From positions 205,599 to 269,598 of the IMG/VR virus record IMGVR_UViG_3300023170_004399: DNA of 64,000 nucleotides, one strand, 5' to 3'. This document shows, piece by piece, positions 47,327 to 56,363 of the stretch (the stretch's first letter is position 1; every line of letters starts with the position of its first letter). A program made the position numbers and the translations under genes. Source of the stretch: a virus (Duplodnaviria; Caudoviricetes). The notes beneath the pieces are model-generated. The model was not told the DNA's origin. It worked only from the letters and a program-made list of their open reading frames with translations, and did no database searches.

Positions 47327-49550
47327 ATATAGCCTTAAGCGATATTTTTTAAATGAATTTAATAGTCGAACATCCGGTAGGCAAAGAAAGTTTGATTTTC
47401 CCCTTGTTTTTGATGATGTACATCCTAAAATCATTACTAAAGATGGAAACTACGATAATATTATTTTTTATGTAACCCCTAATAAAAGAAAAAACGACCA
47501 AGGGAAAGACGAGCGATACATATATTATTTTGACTCAGATGATCTATCTAAATATTTTAGCTTTAAAGCAGAATCAGGGAATTATCGCAACGTTTATGAG
47601 GAAATGACACCAACCGCTTTTCAAGGATTTATTGATACTTTACGTTTGCAAAAATCACTTTTTGATAATCAAAAATATAATGAATGGAAGACAAATATTG
47701 AAAATCAATTAATTAAAGAACATCAATATGAATTTCCTGATCCAGAAGAACTAGAAGATGACCGTGATATGTATGATTTTTATGGTGATGAAATTCCTAC
47801 ACAAGATCAATATCTGGAACAAAATGAAGCTAAATATAACAAACAAGCTTATCATAGTCATATTTACGACTGGTATGTAAGAGAAGTGACTAGTATAACA
47901 AAGAACTCCTTTGATATTCATGCTAATGGAAGATTGTTAAAAAAGGGTACTACGAATGATTATCATTTTTCATTTCAAAATGAAAGAGCAATGAAAACCC
48001 GAGGCTATTATGATATAGATAAATTAATCCAAGCTCGCGAAAATTATAAAAACAAACAAAAAGTAAATTTTCCGGTGACTAGTTTGCGAAATATTATTGG
48101 TTTTGAACCATCAACCAGTTTCAATAACAAATCCCCTAAAAGAAATGTGATAAGAAGGGGTGTTCATGGTCATTCGTCTTCCAAAAGCAAACCAGTCGTG
48201 TTTTTTTATGGTAAAATATATAAACAAGTGATAACCGGATACGATAAAACCACCGGATTACCTCTTGTCTCTGGGGGAAGAGAATACATTACAGAAGAGC
48301 CTATATGGATTAGCGCTGAAAATATTAGAACAGCAACAGAAAAAAGATCTGAGAAGAATTCACACATTAGTCAGGAAGAGTACAATATAGCTCACGCCTT
48401 TTTTGAAGGTCCAAACGCGTTTACTCCTTTACAGAAATCGGACATAGAAGAATTACTTAAACCAGACACAAAAGCGTATGCTTACGAAGAAGCAATAAAT
48501 AAGATTTATGGCACAAGTGTACCTAAAATGATGTTAGATGGGGAAGAATTAGAGTTAGAGGCTATAAACATCAAGAAAGCATGGGATTATAACCCGGGAC
48601 AAACAGGCCGAGGAGAATACTTAATGTCGGCCATTTTTCCTCACTTAGTTGTTGTCGGCGGTTCAGCTGCGGAAGCCGGTGTTGATTTAATTCATTATGC
48701 TAACCCAGATATCAAATACGAAGTAAAAGAACCGGATTTTCGTGTTGGTGTAAAAAGTGTAAAACCAGCGATAGAATTTAGTAATTTCATCGTGCCTCAT
48801 ATTAATTATTTAATTAAGCAGCTTGAATCTGTAAAAACTAAATCCTATAAAAATTTAATGGCTATGGCGAATTCTCGCGTACAAATTTTCTTAGATGGCG
48901 AAAGTGTTTCAGAAAATATTGGAAAAGAAGAATTAATGGAAGCTTCACTGTTAAAATCTGATTGGATGGTCAAAGAACATGAAATTGTTAGTGAAGATTT
49001 AGATATAATGCTTCGAATAATAAATTCAAAACAAATATCAATGGATCAGTGGGAAAAAGCTGTTGCCGAATATTTTAAATACACGATTGACTGGTGTCTT
49101 GATCAATGTGCAGAAATACTTCAGAGATCTCAAAGTTTAGAAGTAGCTCCATCTGTCATAACAGATTTAGTAGGTGCATACAATTATTATGATATTAGTT
49201 TTCCCCGCGGTATACAAAACACTGATCAGTATTTAGATCTTCTTAGGCGTAACTATGTAAAAGCATTAAACCCTGAAATAGTTTTATCTGGTACGACTTT
49301 AATGATAGTTGGCGAAACCCATTTTCGTATTTTAACACCAGGTAAACTAAAAGAGTTAGTAATGAAGAGCGTAAATGGTCAATTAGAAAAGAAAATTGCT
49401 TCGATAACTTCTGGTGGTGCTGGTTTTGATCTTAAAAAAATATATATGGAACAATTAGACGCTGATGTGACTGGCTTGTTAGATACTAATACAGAGGAAA
49501 GCTTAGGTGAATCAATTAACCGTTGGGTTAAGTGGGCCACGAGAAAATAA
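47316..49550 (+). CDS. Large protein with leader and PD-(D/E)xK-like nuclease domain
   Basis: YSLKRYFLNE leader; GRGEYL..GVDL..KYEVK; C-terminal ESINRWVKWA. Confidence 0.55.
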   Translation: MKNKYSLKRYFLNEFNSRTSGRQRKFDFPLVFDDVHPKIITKDGNYDNIIFYVTPNKRKNDQGKDERYIYYFDSDDLSKYFSFKAESGNYRNVYEEMTPTAFQGFIDTLRLQKSLFDNQKYNEWKTNIENQLIKEHQYEFPDPEELEDDRDMYDFYGDEIPTQDQYLEQNEAKYNKQAYHSHIYDWYVREVTSITKNSFDIHANGRLLKKGTTNDYHFSFQNERAMKTRGYYDIDKLIQARENYKNKQKVNFPVTSLRNIIGFEPSTSFNNKSPKRNVIRRGVHGHSSSKSKPVVFFYGKIYKQVITGYDKTTGLPLVSGGREYITEEPIWISAENIRTATEKRSEKNSHISQEEYNIAHAFFEGPNAFTPLQKSDIEELLKPDTKAYAYEEAINKIYGTSVPKMMLDGEELELEAINIKKAWDYNPGQTGRGEYLMSAIFPHLVVVGGSAAEAGVDLIHYANPDIKYEVKEPDFRVGVKSVKPAIEFSNFIVPHINYLIKQLESVKTKSYKNLMAMANSRVQIFLDGESVSENIGKEELMEASLLKSDWMVKEHEIVSEDLDIMLRIINSKQISMDQWEKAVAEYFKYTIDWCLDQCAEILQRSQSLEVAPSVITDLVGAYNYYDISFPRGIQNTDQYLDLLRRNYVKALNPEIVLSGTTLMIVGETHFRILTPGKLKELVMKSVNGQLEKKIASITSGGAGFDLKKIYMEQLDADVTGLLDTNTEESLGESINRWVKWATRK

Positions 49551-49561
49551 TTAAAAAATCT

Positions 49562-49599
49562 CTGTAAAATCTGCAAAAGCCTCGTATAGTTGTTATACT
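49562..49599 (+). promoter_or_regulatory. Conserved early promoter
   Basis: CTGTAAAAT-CTGCAA-N17-TATACT. Confidence 0.72.
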
Positions 49600-49634
49600 A
49601 TTAGTATAACTTAACTGCTAACCTCGAGGTCGCA

Positions 49635-50045
49635 ATGCCTAAAACCAACATTTTCGATTACAACCCTGAGCTTCCATCGCACAGGCACAAACTAGCTAAT
49701 AATATTTTAAACACGCTTCAAAAGTGGGGTTTTACTGTTGACGCTGAAAAAACAAGTGAGTCATGGGAATTTGTTTGTTCACGTGTTGATAAATACAATC
49801 CCTATAAAACCATATACGTATGGACCAGCATTGATAAAGTCAGTGGTTCAATACGTAAAAAATGGCAAGATAGAATTAGAGTAGCTGTAAAAAAAGAACA
49901 CAAGCCTACAACCAGTGACCTTCATAAGATAGGTCATTTCGAAGACCACTATTGGCGTCGTGCAGGTTGGGTTAATCGTTGCGGCACAATTTACAGTATC
50001 ACTTCGCGAATGTGTGATACAATAAAAAAAGCACAAAAATTATAA
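49635..50045 (+). CDS. Hypothetical early protein
   Basis: GAGGT RBS downstream of promoter. Confidence 0.55.
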   Translation: MPKTNIFDYNPELPSHRHKLANNILNTLQKWGFTVDAEKTSESWEFVCSRVDKYNPYKTIYVWTSIDKVSGSIRKKWQDRIRVAVKKEHKPTTSDLHKIGHFEDHYWRRAGWVNRCGTIYSITSRMCDTIKKAQKL

Positions 50046-50076
50046 ATCATTTCTAACATCAAACATAGGAGACAAT

Positions 50077-50469
50077 ATGTCACTAATATATTTACCAAAA
50101 TTCCGCCCTTTACAAATGGCTAACTATTTTCATTACAACTCAACTATAGAGTTATTTTCCGATAAAAATTTAGTTGTTTTAAATCCAGATAACGTACAAT
50201 TTGTTCACGTTGGCAGTAAACCTACAACAGCAAGTGGTTTTACTTTTTATCCAACCATTATTAGATTTGTTAATGGTGCGGAAATAAAAGTAGCAATTTC
50301 TTTAAAAGGTTACTTTGAAGCCAATCGTCACATTAATTTAGACAGTACTGAGCTGCGAACAGAGTATTTAAAGCATATTATTAAACCGGAAGAATATAAA
50401 CAAGGTACTAGTTCATATGACCCTAATCAAATGGAATTGCCTTTTGAAGACACTGTTGAAATAAACTAG
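50077..50469 (+). CDS. Hypothetical protein (weakly FlbD-like)
   Basis: AGGAG RBS; VVLNPDNVQFV..TIIRFVNG..V. Confidence 0.5.
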   Translation: MSLIYLPKFRPLQMANYFHYNSTIELFSDKNLVVLNPDNVQFVHVGSKPTTASGFTFYPTIIRFVNGAEIKVAISLKGYFEANRHINLDSTELRTEYLKHIIKPEEYKQGTSSYDPNQMELPFEDTVEIN

Positions 50470-50472
50470 TTT

Positions 50473-50501
50473 TTATAAATTTAAATTTATGGCTGTATAA
50501 T
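50473..50501 (+). promoter_or_regulatory. Possible promoter TTATAA-N17-TATAAT
   Basis: Same arrangement at 55106-55134. Confidence 0.4.
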
Positions 50502-50519
50502 AAATAGTCTTTACTTACT

Positions 50520-50535
50520 AACCCACTTAAGGAGA
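50520..50535 (+). repeat. 16-bp leader/RBS repeat AACCCACTTAAGGAGA, copy 1
   Basis: Identical to 51122-51137. Confidence 0.85.
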
Positions 50536-50539
50536 ATAT

Positions 50540-50878
50540 ATGTTAATAAAAGAATGTCGTCATTGTGAAGATGATTTTGATGCACACTCAGAAACTAAGA
50601 AACGTGTTGGTGGATATATCGATGAATGTCCGGATTGCGTTGAAGAGTTAGGTACTGAAACACATGTTAGGTATCGTGGTGTTGTATCTGGCAGCGGAAA
50701 GATGGCTGCTATTAGTATTGTATCGTTTGATTCAAAGGAGGATGCTGATAGCTATGTGCGTAGTTTTAATGCTAGCACCGGTTTCGGCGGTCGTAAATCA
50801 AATAAATGTAATCAAATTAAACATAAGCACGTAGGTGCTAACATACAAAATACCAATCACAAAGGAAAGGGAGAATAA
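50540..50878 (+). CDS. Zn-ribbon protein
   Basis: CRHC..CPDC; AAGGAG RBS. Confidence 0.6.
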   Translation: MLIKECRHCEDDFDAHSETKKRVGGYIDECPDCVEELGTETHVRYRGVVSGSGKMAAISIVSFDSKEDADSYVRSFNASTGFGGRKSNKCNQIKHKHVGANIQNTNHKGKGE

Positions 50879-50879
50879 T

Positions 50880-51101
50880 ATGAGCGAACAATTTACCACT
50901 ACAAACGTTTTACCAATGGTTTCTATCACAGATTACAATGGTGTATCTCACGACGTTAATGTTTATCACATCACAAAAATTACTAAAAGCACTGAGACAA
51001 TATTCTATATTGATCTGTCAAATCAAGTGTCTATTAAAGTGCGAGGTAATGATGATGATAGAGAAACGCTAAGAACTAAAATCAGTAAAGCAGTTTCTTA
51101 A
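50880..51101 (+). CDS. Small FlbD/SwrD-like protein
   Basis: MVSITDYNG..VNVYHITKI..IDLSN..IKV; GGGAG RBS. Confidence 0.45.
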   Translation: MSEQFTTTNVLPMVSITDYNGVSHDVNVYHITKITKSTETIFYIDLSNQVSIKVRGNDDDRETLRTKISKAVS

Positions 51102-51121
51102 TTGTTTTTTACCAGACTACC

Positions 51122-51137
51122 AACCCACTTAAGGAGA
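51122..51137 (+). repeat. 16-bp leader/RBS repeat, copy 2
   Basis: Identical to 50520-50535. Confidence 0.85.
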
Positions 51138-51144
51138 TTTTTCT

Positions 51145-51342
51145 ATGCTTTTACCAACTCTTATAATCAGTGCTGTCTTAGCTGTGTTTCTTTTATTAGG
51201 CGCATATACTGCAGTCTATTATATTTTGCACCATGATTACACACAGTATCCGGTTAAACTTATTATTCTAGCAGCAATATTTGATATGATTTTAATTTAT
51301 TTTATTTTAGATTATTTTCAGCAATATTTGCAAATACTTTAG
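51145..51342 (+). CDS. Small two-TM membrane protein
   Basis: Two hydrophobic helices; AAGGAG RBS. Confidence 0.6.
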   Translation: MLLPTLIISAVLAVFLLLGAYTAVYYILHHDYTQYPVKLIILAAIFDMILIYFILDYFQQYLQIL

Positions 51343-51356
51343 ATTTAGGTTATATT
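51321..51356 (+). promoter_or_regulatory. Conserved early promoter
   Basis: TTGCAA-N17-TATATT. Confidence 0.68.
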
Positions 51357-51398
51357 ATATATACCAAAACAACTTATTACTAACTTACCGGAGGTCAC

Positions 51399-52289
51399 AT
51401 GACTACTTTTGCTATTATAAATTCTAAAAACATTAACAATCCAGAAATTCGTGTTTATTTTAATCCTTCTGAAGAAGATATTAATTCTATTACGGAAGCT
51501 TTAACTGAAGGTTTTGAAATACTTGATTCAGAGGATGCACGTGTTGTATCACTTATATCACATGAAAAGCGTAACAACCCTAATTTCGATGAAAATAGTA
51601 GTTGTGCTATCTTTTCTGACTTTATTCTTGGCGGTTTAACTTCTACCACTGATGAAAGTGATGAAGTTACTATTGTTCCACCATCTAAGGTATCTCACAC
51701 TAAGGATGATATCATAGCCTTATTTGCTCTTGATCATCGTTATGTAGATGCTGCGATTAAAATCATTGGTGATAATCAAACAGCTGATGAATTAGCAGCT
51801 GGGACTACCGATGAGCACAATGGTGTTGGCTTCTCTGCTGCTTATGCACGTACAGGTAAAAATCTATGGACATGGGTAACTGGTGTTGACCCAAAAACTA
51901 ATGAAAGTAGATGGGCACCAAAAAGTATTGCGCATGAAAAGTCTGATTATGAGTTTCGCAAATACATTAGTGCTTATGAAGTTGCTAACGCTGTTGAATT
52001 TGCTGAAATGATTGTTGGAAAACATTGGCGACAGTTAGGTGCTTTGACAGATGCTAACTATCAATTACCTAGTTTGCCGCTTAAAAATCCTAAGCCAAAG
52101 TTTACTAGTAATAAACCGCCAGCAATGTATCAGTTAACTGGTGCTGTTATTAAGGATACTCGTGAAAAGGCAACACAGATTGTTTGGGATGGTAGGTTAC
52201 ATTGGTTACCTAACTCACAAATTTCTATTAAGCCTGGATATATTGAGTTGCCTGAGTGGATGGCTAAGAAAAAAGGGTTTATGAACTAA
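51399..52289 (+). CDS. Conserved hypothetical phage protein
   Basis: QTADE..T.EHNGVGFS module; C-terminal TREKA..WLPNSQI..LPEWMAKKKG module; GGAGGT RBS. Confidence 0.6.
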   Translation: MTTFAIINSKNINNPEIRVYFNPSEEDINSITEALTEGFEILDSEDARVVSLISHEKRNNPNFDENSSCAIFSDFILGGLTSTTDESDEVTIVPPSKVSHTKDDIIALFALDHRYVDAAIKIIGDNQTADELAAGTTDEHNGVGFSAAYARTGKNLWTWVTGVDPKTNESRWAPKSIAHEKSDYEFRKYISAYEVANAVEFAEMIVGKHWRQLGALTDANYQLPSLPLKNPKPKFTSNKPPAMYQLTGAVIKDTREKATQIVWDGRLHWLPNSQISIKPGYIELPEWMAKKKGFMN

Positions 52290-52317
52290 ACTTTTTAGTT
52301 ATAGTATTTGTTTAATG

Positions 52318-52345
52318 ACCGCATATTTATATATGCGGTTTTTTT
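52318..52345 (+). terminator. Rho-independent terminator with TATTTATA across the loop
   Basis: ACCGCATAT-TTAT-ATATGCGGT then T tract. Confidence 0.8.
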
Positions 52346-55105
52346 ATGAGGAAAATTATGAAAGGTTTTAAGAAAAAATATCCAAGTGTATACAAAGAAT
52401 TTCTTTTAAATGAAACACCCGAGGAGGACAGAAAGTATTTTGCTAACAGAGATGAACAGTATGCGTCAGGTGTGGAAGATGACATAGATGATTTATTTTT
52501 TGCAGGTGACAAAGAAGGTCTTGCAGCAAGAGGTGTAACATATAATCCGGATGCTGGCAATCCATTGAAAGATGATAGGCCAATGTTGCCAAAACATGAA
52601 AAAGATGGCGAGTATTATTACAAATGGTCTGAAGTAAAAACAAATGAATATTCTTTGCCGGAAGATTTAAAAGTTTTTTCTGGTGCATCAGGGAATGATT
52701 TATTACATAGTACTGCAGCTTGGAATGAGTTGCGGGAATTTGGGTTTACCCCTTCTGAATTAAAAAAATACATGTTAGTTAACAAAAAAATAAGTACTAA
52801 AGATTTAGTTGATGATTTAAGAGCGATGATGAAAATTATAAAAACCATTGAAGGGAATGAAAAACAGTTTTCTTTTTTGGTTTATTTACTAGGTTTATTA
52901 AGTTGGTCCGCGGAATTTGCAGCCGGCACCGGTGGTGCTTTTGGAACTGCACTGATGATCTTAGCTTTTTTTCTGAAAGGTGTTTCCACTGCTGGCGAAA
53001 AAATTATACTTGCAAGAGATTATGAAGATGCACAAACAGATGAAGATCTTCCGGAGCCAGACCCTTCTGAAGAATCAATTATCAGTAAAGGTATGAGAAT
53101 ATTTAGAAAATTATATCGTGAACATGTAAAACCCGAATCATTTAAACCCAGACATGTTGAAGCATATGCATATCTAGGATTTGCAGATCGTTTTGAAAAT
53201 CTTTCTTTTAAACATGTCGATGGACACGTAGAGCCAAATGCCACTGATATAAACAGAGATCTTGAAGATTTAATATATGCTAATGATGGTGGCATGATGA
53301 GACATTTTCTTTTTAAGCATCAAACTTTTATAAACGGGAGATATGAAGCAGCGAAACAACAACTTGAAAGTAAAAAAGCTGATCCAGAAATATTTAAAGA
53401 CCAAGTAAACTTAATGAAAAGAGCTATTAGAACAGTGTACTCTCACACGCCAGAAGATGTAAAAAAATATAAAATCGAAACTTTACAAAAAAATCTAGAT
53501 TATACCATAGACGCAGACGATATTGCAAAATTTAAAAGTGTAACTAAGGCTTTGTTTTCTATTAATACATGTATTCTAATGGTTAAAGAAGTACTTCATC
53601 GTAGACTTGAAAAAACGGGTTTTGAATTAGGGGAAAGTAAAAAACCTATAGATCCTCTTACAAAGTCATATCATCCAGAGTATTTCCCCTGGCTTTTGAA
53701 AAAATTAGAAACACTGAAAGACTTTATAAACAGCTCTCATAATTTTGGCAGAACAAAAGCTATAAATCAAGCCATTGTTAAAATGGGTCGCTTCGAAGGT
53801 TGGACGACAGCTGAACTTCAGCGATTTATTTTTATGTGGTACACGCCTAATGTTGAGGATAATAGTGAAGATTTTAAAAATGTTGAGGAACAATTACCGG
53901 TAAAAGATAAGGATTGGGAGCCGAGCAAAAATTTACATGGTTCCGGTTATAAAAGAATAGGTTACGAAGAGATTTTAATCAATAATAATTATAATAAATT
54001 AATAGAGCATGAATTAATTGATTGGTCGCAATTTTTCAAAGATATATATAATAGTCCTGAAAAAGGAAAGAGACTTATAAACTGGGTGTATAAAACATTA
54101 GGAACAAGGTCCGGCAGTTTTAGGTTTTTAAAGTTTCGCGTCGACGCCTTGAAAAAGTTAAAGAACAAAGACGAAAATGTGCGCGCAGAAATTGGCGCCA
54201 CCAAAATTAATTTTCAAGAAAGCAAACGAAGAAGAGAGCGTTTGTTATTGGAAGCAGCTGTCACTTATGCCGAGGCCGCACAGTCACATAAGCTTCTCAT
54301 AATTAGGGACTATGGCGGCATATCACCAAGAATATTTTTTGGACTTTTCAATGAACAAGCATTTAATGAAAACCCGCCAAGCTATAACGAAGGCAAAACT
54401 GGTTGGGCATTCGATGCAATTGCAGCTTTAAGTGATAAAACAAAAAATGATGAAGCAACAATGAAAAAAGTTTTTAATATATGTAGATCACTTGAAGCTG
54501 TCCTCGTGCTAAGACTTGGAACAGATGGTAATGGTTCTTTATGCAGAATAACAAACACAGCTTCAATGAAAGGAAGCAAGTTAGGACCTTTGCTATATGA
54601 TATTGCTTTTAGCTTTGTACATGACTTAGATTATGCCGGCACGATTTGTGACAGAGTTTCAGTTTCTAAACACGCTAAAAATGTATATACATTTATATTA
54701 GAGAATAGACCAGAGGATTTTGATATATATTATTTAGATAATGAGTACAACAATTATACTCCCACAAGGTCTGATAATATACCTTATACAAATTTTCATG
54801 ATATATATCATGCAAAAAATTATGGCATAGGCGCTCGGAAAGAAGACTGTGAAGATGAATATTATCTCGCACCAAGTGGACCAGCAGAAGGTATGTTAAT
54901 ATGGAAACCTGGAAAAGAACCTAATGATCCTTTAGATATGATATTTTCAATCAAAAATCCATTGCCTTATTCAGACATGTTGATAGATGATACGCCTATG
55001 CATGAAACGTTTAAAGAAGTTGGGCTCTATAGTCACGAAAACATTTTAAAAAATTTGTTAGTTAGTTTTTTCAACAAAGTCTATTCAAAAAAACATGATA
55101 GGTGA
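52346..55105 (+). CDS. Multi-domain protein with leader, hydrophobic hairpin and C-terminal GNAT-like domain
   Basis: EFLLNE leader; FLVYLLGLL..TALMILAFFL; internal RLLLE-A; KLGPLLYDIA..DRVSVS..A..VY. Confidence 0.6.
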   Translation: MRKIMKGFKKKYPSVYKEFLLNETPEEDRKYFANRDEQYASGVEDDIDDLFFAGDKEGLAARGVTYNPDAGNPLKDDRPMLPKHEKDGEYYYKWSEVKTNEYSLPEDLKVFSGASGNDLLHSTAAWNELREFGFTPSELKKYMLVNKKISTKDLVDDLRAMMKIIKTIEGNEKQFSFLVYLLGLLSWSAEFAAGTGGAFGTALMILAFFLKGVSTAGEKIILARDYEDAQTDEDLPEPDPSEESIISKGMRIFRKLYREHVKPESFKPRHVEAYAYLGFADRFENLSFKHVDGHVEPNATDINRDLEDLIYANDGGMMRHFLFKHQTFINGRYEAAKQQLESKKADPEIFKDQVNLMKRAIRTVYSHTPEDVKKYKIETLQKNLDYTIDADDIAKFKSVTKALFSINTCILMVKEVLHRRLEKTGFELGESKKPIDPLTKSYHPEYFPWLLKKLETLKDFINSSHNFGRTKAINQAIVKMGRFEGWTTAELQRFIFMWYTPNVEDNSEDFKNVEEQLPVKDKDWEPSKNLHGSGYKRIGYEEILINNNYNKLIEHELIDWSQFFKDIYNSPEKGKRLINWVYKTLGTRSGSFRFLKFRVDALKKLKNKDENVRAEIGATKINFQESKRRRERLLLEAAVTYAEAAQSHKLLIIRDYGGISPRIFFGLFNEQAFNENPPSYNEGKTGWAFDAIAALSDKTKNDEATMKKVFNICRSLEAVLVLRLGTDGNGSLCRITNTASMKGSKLGPLLYDIAFSFVHDLDYAGTICDRVSVSKHAKNVYTFILENRPEDFDIYYLDNEYNNYTPTRSDNIPYTNFHDIYHAKNYGIGARKEDCEDEYYLAPSGPAEGMLIWKPGKEPNDPLDMIFSIKNPLPYSDMLIDDTPMHETFKEVGLYSHENILKNLLVSFFNKVYSKKHDR

Positions 55106-55152
55106 TTATAAAAAATTGATCCTGCAGGTATAATATCTTTATAGGAGGTATT

Positions 55153-55530
55153 ATGTTTGCAGAAGAATTAAATAGTCTTACATACACAGCTAGATATGTT
55201 GTATCTGGACCAATATCATTTATTGCAGAAGGACACGAATGTGACACTGATTTGATATTAGTGCCTGGCTGGAAAGGTGATCTAAGAAATCATGATCATT
55301 TACAAGTTAGGGTATATACAAAAGATGTTTTGCCACATATTGTGGATTTGCATGATGTACATGACCCTGATGACTGGGCTCGTATGATGGCAAGCATTTG
55401 GGGCGGTGGTGCTGGTGGTGCTGCTTACTATATTCATATCAATGACATTAAGTTTAAAACTGTCCCTTATCCGGATGATCATCCTATTACTATTGCTTTG
55501 CGAAAATATAAGGAATTTCAAACTTATTAA
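55153..55530 (+). CDS. Hypothetical protein
   Basis: AGGAGGT RBS; preceded by TTATAA-N17-TATAAT. Confidence 0.55.
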   Translation: MFAEELNSLTYTARYVVSGPISFIAEGHECDTDLILVPGWKGDLRNHDHLQVRVYTKDVLPHIVDLHDVHDPDDWARMMASIWGGGAGGAAYYIHINDIKFKTVPYPDDHPITIALRKYKEFQTY

Positions 55531-55556
55531 CATAATTACTCTTAGCGGAGTATGTA

Positions 55557-56363
55557 ATGCGTTTAGTAAGATCCTATATTAGAAATATATTGTCAGAAAG
55601 CTTTCAAGTTAGAGGTTATATAAAGCCTATAAAAGCTTTCAAGACATTAAAAGAATGGGAACACATAGCTAGAATGCTATTGTTATATCAGCGATCAGGT
55701 ATTAGCGTAAGAAATAAAACTATACCCGGTCCTATATACGATATAATACAACAAAACTTTGGCTATTTACTATATGATGAAGTAGCTAACTATGACAGTT
55801 TCAACACAGAAAACGTGTTAATATTCATTGAAGATTTTATTAATCACAGAGTGTGGTCTATTAAACGTCAATATGCACCATATTTTAAAGATATTGATTC
55901 TTTAAGATTTGCATATTTTTACAGTCGTGGAGATATTGAACCATACGTCTTAATGAATAGGGAATTTACATACCAAATTTATGGCAGTAACAAGAATCTG
56001 AAAATAGTAAGTCATTTTACTAACCAAGAGGGTATGAATAGAATACAATATTCTATAGAAAAGCAAGAACCTATAGACATTTCTGCTTTTACATATATGA
56101 TGGATAGTTATTTTGATGAGAAAGCAAATATTAAATTAAAATTAATTGGTAATGTAAAAGCTGCCTTTAAATCAGATATTAAATCTGTTGTGGTAGATAA
56201 TGGTATGCGCGCATGTAACATGTTAAGATTAGATTATCCGGGTGAAGAAACAAATATATGTTATGACTTGGATGAATGCGACGAGCCTAACAAAACTAGT
56301 TTATGGAATGAATATATTGTAACACCAGTAAAAATATTAGATGCGAGTACAGTAAATGATTGA
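55557..56363 (+). CDS. Putative ADP-ribosyltransferase-fold protein with leader (paralog 3)
   Basis: VRSYIRNILSE leader; SHFTNQEGMNRI / DISAF / LIGNVKAAFKSD / WNEYIV. Confidence 0.5.
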   Translation: MRLVRSYIRNILSESFQVRGYIKPIKAFKTLKEWEHIARMLLLYQRSGISVRNKTIPGPIYDIIQQNFGYLLYDEVANYDSFNTENVLIFIEDFINHRVWSIKRQYAPYFKDIDSLRFAYFYSRGDIEPYVLMNREFTYQIYGSNKNLKIVSHFTNQEGMNRIQYSIEKQEPIDISAFTYMMDSYFDEKANIKLKLIGNVKAAFKSDIKSVVVDNGMRACNMLRLDYPGEETNICYDLDECDEPNKTSLWNEYIVTPVKILDASTVND

